From contig CAMAWP010000003.1 in assembly GCA_945861765.1 (NCBI GenBank), positions 7,087 through 71,086 of the forward strand: a DNA stretch of 64,000 nt. The letters are read 5' to 3'. The notes under the pieces are model-generated. The model worked only from the letters and a program-made list of their open reading frames with translations. It ran no database searches and was not told where the DNA came from. The translations under genes were made by a program, and so were the position numbers. The stretch is from Akkermansia muciniphila. GTDB taxonomy: Bacteria; Verrucomicrobiota; Verrucomicrobiia; Limisphaerales; SIBE01. This document shows positions 61,990 to 64,000 of the stretch, one piece after another (position 1 is the stretch's first letter; each line of letters starts with the position of its first letter).

Positions 61990-63309
61990 ATGACAACAGA
62001 AGCTGATATTATTTCGTTGGTTCCCACGAAAAAGCTTTCCATCAAAGTCATTGGCATCGGCGGTGCTGGAGCCAACGCTATCGCACACATGGCGCAGAGC
62101 GATCTGCGCGAAATGACCTTTCTTGCGATGCACACGAGCGGGAGAGTTTTGGCGAACTGTGCCACTCAAGACAAGCTGTTGCTTGGGCTCAAGCTGATGC
62201 GCGGCCTGGGCACAGGAGGCGATCCTGATCTGGGGAAAGCCGCCGCTGAGGAAGATGTTTTGAAGCTCAAGAAATCTTGCGAAGCACAGGATCTCGTCTT
62301 CATCGTGGCAGGATTGGGCGGAGGCACCGCGACCGGAGTCGCTCCCGTGCTAGCCCGCATCGCCAAGGAGGCAGGGGCTCTGGTTCTTGCCATTGTGACG
62401 TTGCCCTTTGAATTTGAAGGAGCCCGGCGTCAGCGTCAGGCGCAACTCGGCTTGCAACGACTGAAAGCGGCGGCGGATGGAGTGATCTGTCTCCCGCACC
62501 AAAAGCTAACCAAGCTCATCGACGAGCATACGAGTTTGATCGAGACGTTTAATATCGCGAACGATCTGCTCGGGGAAGGGGTCCGTGGCATTTGGCAGAT
62601 GCTCACCCGCCATGGGCTGATCAATGTTGATTTTACCGATCTCTGCTCCGTCCTCCGCGGCCGCCATGCTGAGAGTTCGTTCGCCACGGCGCAGGCTCAA
62701 GGTGAAAGCCGGGCGCGTGTCGTGATAGAGAAGCTTCTCGCCAGTCCGCTCTTGGAAGGAGGCATGCTCACCGAAGCGGATGCCTTGCTCGTCAGTTTGG
62801 TCGGTGGCCCTGACCTCACAATGGCCGACGTTAATCGCGTGATGGAGCAAATTAATCGGCAGGCTGAAAACGCGCAGGTCATCATGGGAGCGGCGATTGC
62901 CGATGAGTTTCAGGGCCGTCTCTCCGTGACCCTTGTCGCATCGCGCCGGAGTCCCGCAGCCACCGAAACCTCTCGCCAAGAATCTAGCGACTCTCTCGAT
63001 GATGCCGCTGCCGGTGGCGGTTCGACTCGGGATTCTAACAACCACTTTCTTGACATTGACGCGACACATCGCCCGGCCTCCCGATTTCTCCCGCCTCCGC
63101 CGGCGCTGACACCGGAGAGAACGAAACAGTTGCTCGCTGGTCAGCCAACCTCCGGTGCTCGAAACAGGAAATCCTCGCGCTGGCATCAGAGTCAGTTGCC
63201 GCTGGAAATAGTCTCCAAGGGACGTTTTGAAAAGAGTGAACCCACCGTCCATCATGGGGAAAATCTGGACGTGCCCACTTATATTCGGCGGGGCATTGCG
63301 CTCAACTAA
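61990..63309 (+). CDS. ftsZ: Cell division protein FtsZ (divergent GTP-binding motifs)
   Basis: GIGGAGANA, GLGTGGDP, GLGGGTATG, PFEFEG, INVDFTD, C-terminal LDVPTYIRR. Confidence 0.95.
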   Translation: MTTEADIISLVPTKKLSIKVIGIGGAGANAIAHMAQSDLREMTFLAMHTSGRVLANCATQDKLLLGLKLMRGLGTGGDPDLGKAAAEEDVLKLKKSCEAQDLVFIVAGLGGGTATGVAPVLARIAKEAGALVLAIVTLPFEFEGARRQRQAQLGLQRLKAAADGVICLPHQKLTKLIDEHTSLIETFNIANDLLGEGVRGIWQMLTRHGLINVDFTDLCSVLRGRHAESSFATAQAQGESRARVVIEKLLASPLLEGGMLTEADALLVSLVGGPDLTMADVNRVMEQINRQAENAQVIMGAAIADEFQGRLSVTLVASRRSPAATETSRQESSDSLDDAAAGGGSTRDSNNHFLDIDATHRPASRFLPPPPALTPERTKQLLAGQPTSGARNRKSSRWHQSQLPLEIVSKGRFEKSEPTVHHGENLDVPTYIRRGIALN

Positions 63310-63645
63310 CACCTCCGTGCGAATGTGAACCGTCCCATTGCGATAATCCACCGGGGCCGTCCAGTCGCGTGGGCGCGCCGTGTTGAGCCTGTCGCCTTTG
63401 ACGTAGTGGTGCGACTTGCTTGGCTTGGAATTGTCCGCATCGTCCTTGGTGAAGGTGAATGTGACGTCGAACAGAACGAACGGATCGGCGAAACTCAACG
63501 TCGGAGTTACGACCAGCTCGAGCATCCCGACCAGCAATGAGAAAGCCCGTGTGCCGATCGTTCCAAACCGCCTGGCCTGCGTTGCCATGGATGACGATGG
63601 AAAGAACGGAAAGCATTCGAGCGGAAATGTGACGATAGGTTTCAT
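63310..63645 (-). pseudogene. 3'-truncated secreted hypothetical protein abutting the ftsZ stop
   Basis: Protein-like FVLFDVTFTFTKDDADNSKPSKSHHYV..DWTAPVDYRNGTVHIRTEV then runs without its own stop into antisense ftsZ. Confidence 0.55.
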
Positions 63646-63874
63646 AGCACAAAGGAGCGATACCAGAAGCAAAGGGTCAGACCGGCTATTTCAGGATAGA
63701 CGACCTCCGACGGCGAAGGGTAGCGCTTCACGAACGCCTGATGGTGCGGCATCACATACGCAAACCAGCCGGCGTTCGAATCGAAGCCCAGCTTCGGCTG
63801 GCGCGTCGGGCCGAGCACCTCGAGAATTCAAAACTCGGCTTGCTCGAAACCAATTTTTGGATAGGGTATCCAGC

Positions 63875-64000
63875 ATGAGCACGGTCGAACTCGCTGTAAG
63901 AAAAGTCAAAAAACTGTCTGATCTCCAGGCCCGCGAATTATTGAGCTGGCTCGACGCACGGCAGGCCGATGAGACTTCTTGCAAGAAACCATCCCGCCCG
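63875..64000 (+). CDS. Small hypothetical protein (antitoxin-like), runs off window
   Basis: MSTVELAVRKVKKLSDLQARELLSWLD amphipathic helix pattern; frame open to window end. Confidence 0.45.
   Translation, partial: MSTVELAVRKVKKLSDLQARELLSWLDARQADETSCKKPSRP

Noticed and set aside
1-64000. CRISPR arrays, rRNA, canonical tRNA, integrase or transposase genes
   Set aside because: None recognised by eye; a covariance-model scan would be needed to exclude small RNAs

Overview
Bacterial chromosomal segment with a strong PVC-superphylum, most likely Verrucomicrobia, signature: CxxCH heme/HEAT protein, DUF1549/DUF1553 plus DUF1501 pair, H-X9-DG prepilin-like proteins and a MurC-MurB fusion. The left half (1-29 kb) is accessory. 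It holds an AT-rich desaturase, an HtrA-like protease/pseudoprotease pair, a MacAB-like ABC exporter, a 97-aa mini-flagellin, msrB/gpx, and a decayed type I R-M locus enclosing an intact ABC-ATPase + TOPRIM-like pair. It also holds a ferredoxin, a structured intergenic region, a fused membrane/spermidine-synthase-like gene, and an outer-membrane beta-barrel gene interrupted by an in-frame TGA followed by a SECIS-like hairpin (candidate selenoprotein; top finding). The right half is core: proS, tatD, yggU/yggT, sucCD, citrate synthase, queA and a complete dcw cluster (mraZ to ftsZ) with extra inserted genes and a divergent FtsZ. No rRNA, canonical tRNA, CRISPR array or transposase was recognised. 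All family assignments come from motif recognition by eye; no searches were run.
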